Shown in pieces: positions 9,181 through 18,010 of a DNA stretch of 64,000 nucleotides. The notes below the pieces were generated by a model. That model was not told the origin of the DNA. It was given only the letters and a program-made list of their open reading frames with translations, and did no database searches. A program made the translations under genes and the position numbers. The DNA comes from Chloroflexota bacterium (GTDB lineage: Bacteria > Chloroflexota > Dehalococcoidia > Dehalococcoidales > SURF-40). The DNA lies in the NCBI GenBank assembly GCA_043803245.1, contig JAZDKE010000013.1:4142-68141 (forward strand), written 5' to 3'. Within the stretch, counting starts at the first letter, position 1. Each line of letters starts with the position of its first letter.

Positions 9181-9603
9181 TTACGGGTGTTTCCCATAAA
9201 CATGCTCCGCTATCCTGTCTCTCAGGTGTCCTAGTGAGTCGACTCTGTCTTCAAACAACGTAGCCTGTCGCATTTTCCCACAGAATTTGGCAATAGTCTT
9301 ATCTATATCGTCGTCCCATAGAGGATTCATTTTGAGGTAATCACTAGGTGTTGCGAGGCGGAAGTTCATTTCCCATTCGTCGCACCGTAAAACAATACCC
9401 CACCCATAGATGCCAGGGTCAATTTTCCCAGACTTCACATAGAAGAGTATCATCATGGCGCCAGGTAGTGGCATTCCTTTAGAAACAGAAGGCCTTATTT
9501 TCCCAACACCCCAATTCTGAATATCGGAACCTTCCCAAACTTCGGCTCTATATCTCTCCACTGGCCACTTTGTGGCATTCATTTGGTACAACCAGAGAGT
9601 CAT
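9181..9603 (-). CDS. Hypothetical protein, EVE/PUA-like fold candidate
   Basis: 140-aa ORF in visibly AT-rich DNA. The pattern WLYQMN..W..(n)..PGAMMILFYVKSG..GIYGWGIV resembles EVE/ASCH-type PUA-like domains. Confidence 0.4.
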   Translation of the reverse strand: MTLWLYQMNATKWPVERYRAEVWEGSDIQNWGVGKIRPSVSKGMPLPGAMMILFYVKSGKIDPGIYGWGIVLRCDEWEMNFRLATPSDYLKMNPLWDDDIDKTIAKFCGKMRQATLFEDRVDSLGHLRDRIAEHVYGKHP

Positions 9604-9623
9604 ATCTTCCTCACTTAACCAGT

Positions 9624-9701
9624 TTACTTCTTCTTTTCTTCCGGTTTCTTAGCCTTGTCCTGTTTGGGTTTCTTGACGTTTTTCCGGCCTTTGCTGCCCA
9701 T
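9624..9701 (-). CDS. Candidate 25-aa lysine-rich micro-ORF
   Basis: MGSKGRKNVKKPKQDKAKKPEEKKK, with GGAGG (9709-9713) 7 nt upstream of the ATG. Not in the ORF track because it is too short. Confidence 0.3.
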   Translation of the reverse strand: MGSKGRKNVKKPKQDKAKKPEEKKK

Positions 9702-9741
9702 TTATAAACCTCCTAATTTAATTTTGAGCTTTTATCCTGAG

Positions 9742-10263
9742 CTAGCTTTCTTCGTTAAGACCTTTCCCTTTTTTCCGAAGGATGCGGTCAATCTCCTGCC
9801 ACATGTCTTTCCCGGCTTTTTTCTCCACAATCTGCACGTCATCGCCCAGGGTGGAAAAATTGGCGTACATCCGCTCAAGACGCTGGTTCAGCTTTTCGGC
9901 AGACTTGGCCGTGGCCGGGAAGCGCTGGTGCATCCCCGCAGCACGGATGGCCATCTTCATGAAAGGGTGTCCGGCATTCATGTCCACCATCTCATTGAAC
10001 TCCTTAACCACCTCCGGCGTGGGCTTACCTTCAATCCGGTTACGCTCGTAAGTCCGGTTAAAGGACTTCTCCAGGACTTCTCGCAGCTCATCGGCATACC
10101 GGGGAAAGGCTACCGGCAGGGCGCGGTAGATTAAACAAATCAACATCACCCGGAAGACATTGGGGAACCGTCTCCTAGCGGCAAAGTCGAACAAAGAGAT
10201 GTCAAGAGTGCGGTAGTCCTTCTCGGTAAGGGGCATGACTACCGCCTGGATGAAAAACATCAC
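9742..10263 (-). CDS. Hypothetical protein
   Basis: 173-aa ORF co-directional with its neighbours. No family recognised. The start may be the internal Met at 10236. Confidence 0.55.
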   Translation of the reverse strand: MMFFIQAVVMPLTEKDYRTLDISLFDFAARRRFPNVFRVMLICLIYRALPVAFPRYADELREVLEKSFNRTYERNRIEGKPTPEVVKEFNEMVDMNAGHPFMKMAIRAAGMHQRFPATAKSAEKLNQRLERMYANFSTLGDDVQIVEKKAGKDMWQEIDRILRKKGKGLNEES

Positions 10264-10294
10264 GACGTCGCCAAGCGTCCTTTCCTTTACGATG

Positions 10295-11551
10295 TTAAAG
10301 CCACCTCGTTTTTTTTCGCTGGCTCTTGGCAGAACGGTGGTCGGGCAGGTGTTCCGAAACCAGCTTTGATTCCACCAGCCGCCAGAAACTCTCCCGGTCG
10401 CCGCCGGTGACCACCGCCTGCTCGTGGGCTTCGCTTAAAGCGGCGGGATAACCGTGCCCGCGCCGGCACTGGTCGAAAACCAGGGCGTGAACCAGACCGA
10501 GCAGAACACCGTCATCGGCCACCCAGGCAGGCACCTCGATCCGGGCAATCTCCGCGCCCACCCCGAGGTAGAAAAACTTAACGCGGTGAGCGCCGTAGTA
10601 TTTACCGACCACCGCCGAGTGACTGGCGAAAAGCTCCGACCTTTCCCCCTCGCCGAGCAGCCGGCTAAACAGCTCACGGTCGCAAATACCAGCCACGGCA
10701 TCACAAGGCCGGCTCTGGCGGGCCGGGCAGAGGTCGCAGTCCGGCTTTTCGTCCGGGCAAAGCGCCACCCGCAGGGTATTGGTCACCTCGGTGCTGCCGG
10801 GCAGGCTGATATAGCTGGCAAGAGCCAGCCGTCGGCCCCCGTTAAGCCGCCTCATAGATTCAAAAACCGGCAGCAGGCCTTCTTCGAGCAGCCGGTAGCT
10901 CACAAAATCGGGGTAGGCTTCAAGACCCCAGAGCACCAGCGTGCCGTCGAGCAAAGCCAGAGCGGTGCTGCCCGCCGCCAGACCGGCCGCAAGTTCCGCA
11001 AGCCCCCGGCATTCCTCAATGCCGCGCTTGATGCCGAGCAAACTGCCATCAATCACCTGCTCCCGCCCCCTCGGGCCGGGCGGGGCGAGCACCAGGTCGG
11101 CTTCGGTAAAATAAAGCCTGGGACGGCTGGCCAGCGCCGCCCCCGGAGAAGAGCCGTAGCGCAGGGCCACCGTGCCAATGTTGACCAGAAAGCAGGGGGG
11201 GCTGCGGTGGCGATCAAGCTCAATGTGAGAGCCGTCAGCCCCAAGAACGGTAAACTCATCGGGCAGGCCAGGTAAAGGATAACGCCCCGAGAGCCCGCCA
11301 AGCAGACCCGCCACCAGCCAGGTGGTGCGGCTCTGGGCGGCTTTAGCTTTCAACTCTTCCAGGCGGCTGTCCTGCTCCATAAACAGGCTGAAAGCCCCAT
11401 CAAGCCGCTGGTGACGCTCATCACGGCCGGAGCTAAACCGGGCGACCATATCAGCCACCTGCTGGGCGACTTCGGCTAAATCAAGCGACAAGCTCAACTC
11501 CTCCCGACTAGGCCAGGTAGAGGACACGCCCGCAGTTGCCACAGTGGACAA
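10295..11551 (-). CDS. NurA-like nuclease domain protein
   Basis: 418-aa ORF with the two NurA-type motifs VLGADGSHIELD and ALLDGTLVLW. The start is uncertain because it overlaps the upstream gene by 44 nt. Confidence 0.6.
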   Translation of the reverse strand: MSTVATAGVSSTWPSREELSLSLDLAEVAQQVADMVARFSSGRDERHQRLDGAFSLFMEQDSRLEELKAKAAQSRTTWLVAGLLGGLSGRYPLPGLPDEFTVLGADGSHIELDRHRSPPCFLVNIGTVALRYGSSPGAALASRPRLYFTEADLVLAPPGPRGREQVIDGSLLGIKRGIEECRGLAELAAGLAAGSTALALLDGTLVLWGLEAYPDFVSYRLLEEGLLPVFESMRRLNGGRRLALASYISLPGSTEVTNTLRVALCPDEKPDCDLCPARQSRPCDAVAGICDRELFSRLLGEGERSELFASHSAVVGKYYGAHRVKFFYLGVGAEIARIEVPAWVADDGVLLGLVHALVFDQCRRGHGYPAALSEAHEQAVVTGGDRESFWRLVESKLVSEHLPDHRSAKSQRKKTRWL

Positions 11552-12224
11552 GACCGCCGGTCCTCACCTGCCGCAGTTGCGCCTGGGACAAAGATATGCG
11601 GCAGCCCTGGCATATCCCCTGCTCAACACTGGCTACGGCTTTACCCTTCTGAGCCCTTAACTTCTCGTATAATTCGCTCAAGGCCGCTTCGAGACCAGCC
11701 TTGAGCTCCTCGCGTCTTCGCTCCAGAGACTCAATCCGGGCGGAAAGCTCCCCGGCCTCCTTCTCAAGCACCGCCTGCTCCGCCCGCCACACTTTCTCCA
11801 TACCGGCCAGCTCATCCCGCCGTGACTTTATACCGGTCGCCGTAAGCTCACGCTGCTCCATAACCTCAAGCGCCCGGTCTTCCGCCTGATGGCGCCGCTT
11901 TTTGATAGCCTCGGCGTCCTGCTGAAGTCCGGCCAGTTCCCTGGGGTTTGAGACCTTACCACCGTAAAGCTTCTTTTCGAGGCCGGCGATTTTACCGGAA
12001 TGGTCATCGATTTCCCACTCCAGCGTTTGCTGCTCGCGGGACATGCCTTCCAGGCGCTCGGCCAAAGCCGCAAGGTCAGCCTTAGCCTTGGTTAAAGCCT
12101 GGCTTGCGCCCAACTGGCCGCAAGTCCTCTGCAAGGACCGGCGGGCTGTCTCAATCTCAAGGTCAAACGCCTGCAGTTGATAAAGCTGTTTTACGGCTCC
12201 GATTTTCTGACCGGGGGCTTCCAT
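11508..12224 (-). CDS. Coiled-coil protein with C-terminal C4 zinc ribbon (COG1579/DUF164-like)
   Basis: 238-aa ORF with a long heptad-like Glu/Leu/Ala-rich region and a C-terminal CQGC..CGNCG motif. Confidence 0.7.
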   Translation of the reverse strand: MEAPGQKIGAVKQLYQLQAFDLEIETARRSLQRTCGQLGASQALTKAKADLAALAERLEGMSREQQTLEWEIDDHSGKIAGLEKKLYGGKVSNPRELAGLQQDAEAIKKRRHQAEDRALEVMEQRELTATGIKSRRDELAGMEKVWRAEQAVLEKEAGELSARIESLERRREELKAGLEAALSELYEKLRAQKGKAVASVEQGICQGCRISLSQAQLRQVRTGGLVHCGNCGRVLYLA

Positions 12225-12290
12225 TACCCGCTATTTTATAACAGCCCGGCGCTGATAGCAATGAAACCTGAAAATAACGACAATATACGC

Positions 12291-12319
12291 TTGGCAATAT
12301 AATACATTTGTGCTAATAT
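12291..12319 (+). promoter_or_regulatory. Sigma70-like promoter ahead of the terS-like gene
   Basis: TTGGCA (12291-12296), a 17-nt spacer, then TAATAT (12314-12319). Confidence 0.5.
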
Positions 12320-12371
12320 GTTTAGCCTAAGGCGGATAGAAACCAGGGAAGCACCCAGGGGGTGAAGCCGA

Positions 12372-12734
12372 ATGGAACTCGTAGAAAAAAGAAAAGGGGG
12401 CGCCCCGGCCGGCAATCAGAATGCCCGAAAACACGGGTTTTATTCCCGGGTGCTCGATGAAGATGAGCGGCTGGACTTTGAGGAGGCTTCAAGCGTGGAG
12501 GGCATTAGCGACGAAATCTGCCTCCTCAGAATAAAAATCAAGTCGCTCTTGCGCCACGACCCCCAGAACATCAAGCTGATAATGGCGGCGACCAACACCC
12601 TGGCCCGGCTGGTACGCACCCATTACAACATCGGCGCCAAGGACAAAAAGGGCCTGATGGAGGCCATCGCCAACGTCCTCAAAGACGTCGCCCTGCCGCT
12701 GGGCATCAGCCTCGGCACCAAGTTGAAACGGTAG
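12372..12734 (+). CDS. Putative terminase small subunit-like protein
   Basis: 120-aa ORF directly upstream of terL. The N-terminal GAPAGNQNARKHGFYS motif is common in small phage proteins found next to large terminases. Confidence 0.5.
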   Translation: MELVEKRKGGAPAGNQNARKHGFYSRVLDEDERLDFEEASSVEGISDEICLLRIKIKSLLRHDPQNIKLIMAATNTLARLVRTHYNIGAKDKKGLMEAIANVLKDVALPLGISLGTKLKR

Positions 12735-12755
12735 CCGGTCTATTTACGTTTTGCT

Positions 12756-14156
12756 ATGGTCACTTCCTCACTGAACCGGCTTTACCCTTACCAGCGTGAA
12801 ATTGCCCTGGCAGTGCTCGACAGCGTTTTTAACCGCCGCGGTCTCACCTTCTCGGTGGAAATCGCCCGGCAGGGAGGCAAGAACGAGCTATCCGCCCAGC
12901 TGGAGCTGCTGCTGCTGACCCTCAATATAAACCGCTCCCGGAACCTGATAAAATGCTCGCCGACCTTCAGCCCCCAGACGGTCATCTCGATGCGGCGTTT
13001 GGAAGACCGTCTGAACGACGCCGGTTTCGGCGGCATCTGGACTTCTGAACTGGGCTACATCATCCGGCTGGGCTATGCCCGGGCCATCTTCCTCTCCGCC
13101 GGGGAGCAGGCCAACGTGGTCGGCAACACCGCCCACCTGCTCCTGGAAATCGACGAAGCGCAGGACGTGAGCCGGGAGAAGTACAACAAAGAATTCAAGC
13201 CCATGGGGGCCACCAGCAACGTCACCACCGTCCACTACGGCACCACCTGGGATGACCGCACCCTGCTGGAAGAGACCAGGCAGACCAACCTGGAATTAGA
13301 GCGCCGGGACGGTATCAAGCGCCATTTCCGCTACGACTGGCAGGAAGTGGCCAAGTTTAACCCCGATTACCAGGCGTACGTGACCGCGGAACGGGCACGG
13401 CTGGGAGAAGACCATCCCCTGTTCTTAACCCAGTACCGGCTCCTGCCGATTTGTGGCGGTGGCCGCTTTCTCTCTCCGCAGCAAAGGGCCCAGCTCCAGG
13501 GGGAACACCCGCGAAGGCACACCCCACTACCCGATAGCATCTGCGTGGCGGGCATCGACCTGGCCGGAGAAGCCGAAGAGGTGGAGGGCAATCAACTGCG
13601 GCAGCTAAAACCACGCCAGGACGCCACCGTGGTCACCATCGCCGAGCTATTGCGCGGTGACGAAATCACCGGCCAGCCCGTAATACGCATCCTGGAGCAC
13701 TACTGGTGGACGGGTAAAAAACACACCGAGGTCTATGCCCGGCTGCTCGACCTGCTTAAGAACGTCTGGCGCTGCCGGCGGATTGCCATTGACGCCACCG
13801 GCGTCGGGCAGCCGGTGAGCTCCTTCCTGCGCCAGGCGCTCGGCTCCCGGGTAAAACCCTTCACCTTCACCGCCGCTTCCAAGTCGGAACTGGGCTTCGA
13901 GCTGCTGGCGGCGATAAACTCGGGCCGCCTCAAGGTCTACACCGGCGACGGCTCTCCCGAATACCAGGAATTCTGGTCCGAGATGGAAAAGGCAAAAAGC
14001 CACTACCGCCCCAACCAGACCTTGAATTTTTACCTCGACGCCGCCGAAGGCCACGATGACTTCCTGATGAGCCTGGCACTGGTGGTCCAGGCTGCCAGCC
14101 ATTATGAGCCCCGGGAGGCTAGAGGCGGGGATATCCCGGTAATACACCCACCTTAG
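12756..14156 (+). CDS. Phage terminase large subunit
   Basis: 466-aa ORF with ATPase motifs ARQGGKNE (Walker A-like) and LLLEIDEAQD (Walker B). The C-terminal nuclease-like segments are AGIDLAGE, DATVVTI and IAIDATGVG. Confidence 0.8.
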   Translation: MVTSSLNRLYPYQREIALAVLDSVFNRRGLTFSVEIARQGGKNELSAQLELLLLTLNINRSRNLIKCSPTFSPQTVISMRRLEDRLNDAGFGGIWTSELGYIIRLGYARAIFLSAGEQANVVGNTAHLLLEIDEAQDVSREKYNKEFKPMGATSNVTTVHYGTTWDDRTLLEETRQTNLELERRDGIKRHFRYDWQEVAKFNPDYQAYVTAERARLGEDHPLFLTQYRLLPICGGGRFLSPQQRAQLQGEHPRRHTPLPDSICVAGIDLAGEAEEVEGNQLRQLKPRQDATVVTIAELLRGDEITGQPVIRILEHYWWTGKKHTEVYARLLDLLKNVWRCRRIAIDATGVGQPVSSFLRQALGSRVKPFTFTAASKSELGFELLAAINSGRLKVYTGDGSPEYQEFWSEMEKAKSHYRPNQTLNFYLDAAEGHDDFLMSLALVVQAASHYEPREARGGDIPVIHPP

Positions 14157-14303
14157 TGTCTATTCTCGTTAACAGGTAAATATTCGACTTTATGAGAAAT
14201 GAGCCGATGTGCTATTCACCGACAGGATTCGGTCGGATGCCCATCCCGATATCATCGGGACTCCCGGATGGCAGACATTCGGAGAGGTTAGATATTATAT
14301 ATA

Positions 14304-16091
14304 TTAATAATAGGCGGTCTTTCGGCCTATCCAGAAACCCAGGAGGCCAATAACCAGGGCACCAACCCCGACCAGTGCGTAAATGCCCCAGGTGGGCAAC
14401 GCGAAAGAAAAGCCGGTATAGAACGAAGACGGTTTGGTCCAGTCGCTCTCATTAAAAGCGCCGTCAACCGCTTTAACCCGCCAGTAGTAAGGCTCTTTCT
14501 TGCTGGCCGTCTCAAGTTTGTCGGCTTCTTCAATACTGAACTCAGAATCAGTCAGCCCTTTCTCATCGTACAGGAGCTTCTTAAAGTCGGGGGCGGTGGC
14601 CAGCTGGAAGTTATAGGTTATATCGCTGGGGTCGGTAACATCCTCCCACTGGAAAGTCAAAACCCGTCCCGCCCTGGCTTTGTCCTTTGGCGATAGCATC
14701 TCCGGCACCGGGGGCGCGGTAGATTCCATGGTAAAAGTGTCGCTGAAGGAGTTGACACTGTCGGTGGCGACTACCTGATAATCGCCGCCTTTTACTGCCG
14801 GGGCTTTAAAACTAGCCTTGAAACCCCCGTTGGCCGCCACTTTTGCCTGGGTCATTTCGACGCCGTCAAAAGTTACCGTCGCCTGGGCATTAGGTACAAA
14901 ACCGGTAGCGTTCACTGATATCGTGGTGCCGACGTTGCCTTCCTTGGGTTCAAAATTACCGGTGACCACCATGGTAAAATTCCTCGATGAGCTTAAGGTG
15001 CCGTCGCTGACCTCAACCAGATAGGCACCAGCGGCACCGGAAACAGTGAAACTGCCGCTGAAGGAGCCGTCGATTGTCGTAGCCATCGGTGATGGCGTAG
15101 TGACCACCAGAGCCCCGCTAAACTTAACGCTGATTTCCCGGTTAAGCCCGAAACCGGTGCCCGAGACGCTGACCACCGTGCCCACCGGTCCGTTGGTCGG
15201 GCGGATGGTTATTTTTTGCCCGACGGTGAAGGTCGCCGTGGCGGAACTATTACCGCCCCGAACTTCAACGGTATGGTTGCCCCGGGTGCTGGGAGGAACG
15301 GTAAAGATGAGGTTATTGAAAACACCCTTGTCGCTGGTCACCGATGGAGCCGCCGGCACGATAACACTATCAAAGTAAATGCCCAAGCTCTGGCCGGCTC
15401 CAAAACCGTTACCGCTTACCGTAACCTGGTCGCCAGCCCCACCCGAGGCCGGCGTGATGGCGATTTTAGACGATACGACATAGCTCAAGGTCGGGGAAAG
15501 AGTATCGCTGCTATCTTTCGCGGAGAACGTGTGAGAGCCACCAGCAGTCTCAGGAACGGTAATCACGGTGTCGGTGAGGGCGCCGGTGCCGCTGGTGTTT
15601 ACCGGGTTGCCCACTATGTTGCCATCAAAGCGGATTCGGGCAGTGGAACTGGGGGTGAAACCGCTGCCGCTAACCGTAACCCGGTCGCCAACGTAGCCCG
15701 ATGCGCTTGAAATCGTGATTTTCGGGTCAATGACCACTTTAATCCTAAAATCTTTGATATTACTGGTATCGCCGGCGGTGGTGGTCACCTTGACCGCATA
15801 CCAGCCGGCGGGCAGGTCGGGGACGATGAAGTAATTCGAGAAAACGCCGGAATCAACCCGGTTATCTGGATTTACCGGGGTTCGAAGACTATTGTTGAAG
15901 AGAATGGTATAGAAACTGCCATCGGTGAAACCGCTGCCCCCAATTCCCACCCTGGTTCCGACGGCCCCTTCGATAGCCGACAGGTTGATTTCGCCGGACA
16001 GGGCAAAGGCCGGCGCTGCCGGTATGACCAGGATACCGAAAACCGCTAACAGGCCTGCCGCCCACAGGTAAAACCGTCGCCAATCTTTCAT
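14304..16091 (-). CDS. Cell-surface protein with repeated IPT/TIG-like Ig domains, an FN3-like domain and a C-terminal TM anchor
   Basis: 595-aa ORF with an N-terminal signal peptide and at least 5 repeats of G..G..V.VSG.GF. A WEDVTDPS..YYWRVKA block resembles FN3, and the C-terminus is a hydrophobic helix followed by RK. Confidence 0.7.
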   Translation of the reverse strand: MKDWRRFYLWAAGLLAVFGILVIPAAPAFALSGEINLSAIEGAVGTRVGIGGSGFTDGSFYTILFNNSLRTPVNPDNRVDSGVFSNYFIVPDLPAGWYAVKVTTTAGDTSNIKDFRIKVVIDPKITISSASGYVGDRVTVSGSGFTPSSTARIRFDGNIVGNPVNTSGTGALTDTVITVPETAGGSHTFSAKDSSDTLSPTLSYVVSSKIAITPASGGAGDQVTVSGNGFGAGQSLGIYFDSVIVPAAPSVTSDKGVFNNLIFTVPPSTRGNHTVEVRGGNSSATATFTVGQKITIRPTNGPVGTVVSVSGTGFGLNREISVKFSGALVVTTPSPMATTIDGSFSGSFTVSGAAGAYLVEVSDGTLSSSRNFTMVVTGNFEPKEGNVGTTISVNATGFVPNAQATVTFDGVEMTQAKVAANGGFKASFKAPAVKGGDYQVVATDSVNSFSDTFTMESTAPPVPEMLSPKDKARAGRVLTFQWEDVTDPSDITYNFQLATAPDFKKLLYDEKGLTDSEFSIEEADKLETASKKEPYYWRVKAVDGAFNESDWTKPSSFYTGFSFALPTWGIYALVGVGALVIGLLGFWIGRKTAYY

Positions 16092-16156
16092 TACACTCCC
16101 CCTTTATCTCCGCTAACCGCGTCACCAAAACAACTTCTAAACCACAATGATACTCT

Positions 16157-16185
16157 TTTATAACAATTACCGCTCGCTGTGTCAA
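16157..16185 (-). promoter_or_regulatory. Sigma70-like promoter for the IPT/TIG gene
   Basis: On the minus strand: TTGACA (16180-16185), a 17-nt spacer, then TATAAA (16157-16162). Confidence 0.5.
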
Positions 16186-16228
16186 CCTTGCCGCCGCACG
16201 CCGTCGCTGGAAGTGTGACAAAAAGGCA

Positions 16229-16258
16229 TTGACATCAATAGAACACTTGTACTATATT
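16229..16258 (+). promoter_or_regulatory. Sigma70-like promoter for the HTH/portal operon
   Basis: TTGACA (16229-16234), an 18-nt spacer, then TATATT (16253-16258). Confidence 0.55.
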
Positions 16259-16290
16259 AGCACCGACACAGGCTTTGCGAGGGTAGGACA

Positions 16291-16614
16291 ATGGCGTTAG
16301 GCGAAAAACACTTAGACCCGGCAACTATCCAGGACACCCCCGACGCGCTGCCGGAATTCTGCCACTACCGGGACGAAGGCTGCGAGCTGGCCACCAGGGA
16401 ACTGGGCCAGCCTTCCCGGTGCGCCCGGTGCCCTTTCCCCGAGTGTCTCTACGCCGAGCCCGCCGGGCAGCGGAAGTGGCTCAAAGGGCTGCGGGACCGC
16501 GAGATACTGGCCCAGTTCCGCCAGGAAGGGAAAACGGTGAAAGAACTGGCCAATTGCTTCCAGATAAGCAAGAGAACGGTACAGCGAGTGCTAAAGAGGA
16601 CGAAAAATGACTGA
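16291..16614 (+). CDS. Cys-rich small protein with C-terminal HTH
   Basis: 107-aa ORF with five Cys in the N-half (C..C..C..C..C) and a C-terminal KTVKELANCFQISKRTVQRVL helix-turn-helix. Its stop overlaps the portal start by 8 nt. Confidence 0.55.
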   Translation: MALGEKHLDPATIQDTPDALPEFCHYRDEGCELATRELGQPSRCARCPFPECLYAEPAGQRKWLKGLRDREILAQFRQEGKTVKELANCFQISKRTVQRVLKRTKND

Positions 16615-17989
16615 AAACTTCATCGCCGAGCTAAACCGCCGGGACACCGAACGAATCAAATCCTACCAGACCCTGCTCAATTTCTACCAGGGGCAGCACT
16701 GGCCGGACCGCCCCCGTTGGGGAGAAAAACGCCTCACCTTCAACTATGCCCGGCTGTTCGTGGACAAGATAACCTCCTACTTAATGTCGGGCGTGAGCTT
16801 CGCCATTGATGCCGCCCAGGACAGCGACCAGGCCAGGCAACAGGCACAGCGGGCCGAAGCCGCCCTGCTCGAGGTCTACCAGCAGAACAGTCTGGAACAG
16901 CTTGACCTCGAAACGGAGACCGACTGCGCCGTGATGGGCGACGCCGCCTACAAGGTAATCTGGGACAGCGCCGCAAAAACGGTGCGGGTGACCGCCCCCG
17001 ATATCCAGGGCATCTACGCCTGGTGGCCGGGCGACGACGCCGCCCAGGTCTGGCGGGTAGCCTCCAAATACCGCCTCTCCCCGGAGGAAAGCGAGCGGCT
17101 CTACCAGCGCAAACCGCGGGGCGAGACCGCAACCGTCATCGAGGTCTGGACAGATGCTAGTTTCGAGCTTTACCTGGATGGCGAGCTGCTCGAAAGCCGG
17201 CCCAACCCCTACCGATGCATACCTTTCGTTATCTACCCTAACATGCGCGAGCCCAAGAAATTATGGGGGGTCTCCGACCTTGTCCCGATTATGGAAGGCC
17301 AGCAGGAACTCAACCGCGCCCTGAGCCAGCTATCGAGAATCCTGGAGCTGTCCGGCAACCCCATCGCGGTGCTGGAGAACGTGGAGGGGTCACAGGACAT
17401 CGCGGTGAGACCCGGCGCCGTCTGGAACCTGCCGGAAGACTCCCGCGCCTATCTGCTCGACCTCCTGCAGGGCGGGGGCCTGAACCTCCACATTGATTAC
17501 ATCAACCTGCTCTACCGGAGCCTGCACGACTTAGCGGAGTCGCCCCGGGCGGCCTTCGGCGGCACGGAACGCGACCTCTCCGGCGTCGCCCTGGAAATTG
17601 AGCTCCAGCCGCTGCTGCAAAAGGTCAGCCGCAAACGCATCATCCGCAGTGCGACTTACAACCGCCGCAACCGCCTCATCCTGGACCTGCTGGAAAAGTA
17701 CCGGGGTGAGGACTTCGGCCCCCTGCGCCTGCGCACCGTCTGGTGCCCGGTAATGCCCCGCGACACCGCACGTCTGGTCTCAAGCGAACAGACGCTCATC
17801 CAGAGCGGCATCCATTCCCGTCGCCGGGCGATGGACGAGCTGGGAGTGGCCGACCCGGAGTTGGAGTTCCGGCGGTGGCTCGAAGAAAGAGCGCAAATCC
17901 TGAAAATGAACCAGGAATTTAATGCCCGAGGCCCCAAGACCTCAAGGGAGAGAGGCACCGAAGGCCGGGCTGACGGCAGCGAAGAATAA
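16607..17989 (+). CDS. Phage portal protein
   Basis: 460-aa ORF between terL and the scaffold/capsid genes. Its size and the N-terminal YQTLLNFYQGQHW pattern are typical of SPP1-gp6-type portals. Confidence 0.7.
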   Translation: MTENFIAELNRRDTERIKSYQTLLNFYQGQHWPDRPRWGEKRLTFNYARLFVDKITSYLMSGVSFAIDAAQDSDQARQQAQRAEAALLEVYQQNSLEQLDLETETDCAVMGDAAYKVIWDSAAKTVRVTAPDIQGIYAWWPGDDAAQVWRVASKYRLSPEESERLYQRKPRGETATVIEVWTDASFELYLDGELLESRPNPYRCIPFVIYPNMREPKKLWGVSDLVPIMEGQQELNRALSQLSRILELSGNPIAVLENVEGSQDIAVRPGAVWNLPEDSRAYLLDLLQGGGLNLHIDYINLLYRSLHDLAESPRAAFGGTERDLSGVALEIELQPLLQKVSRKRIIRSATYNRRNRLILDLLEKYRGEDFGPLRLRTVWCPVMPRDTARLVSSEQTLIQSGIHSRRRAMDELGVADPELEFRRWLEERAQILKMNQEFNARGPKTSRERGTEGRADGSEE

Positions 17990-18010
17990 GCTAAAAAGGA
18001 GGTGAGACTC

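Noticed and set aside
14219-14270. Hairpins CCGAC-n8-GTCGG and TCCCGAT-ATC-ATCGGGA between terL and the IPT/TIG gene, considered as another copy of the 221-270 repeat. A similar ACCCCGATGGGGT hairpin lies at about 29806-29818.
   Set aside because: They share only the short CCCGAT/ATCGGG theme and the flanks do not align. They are more simply local terminator-like structures between convergent or adjacent genes.
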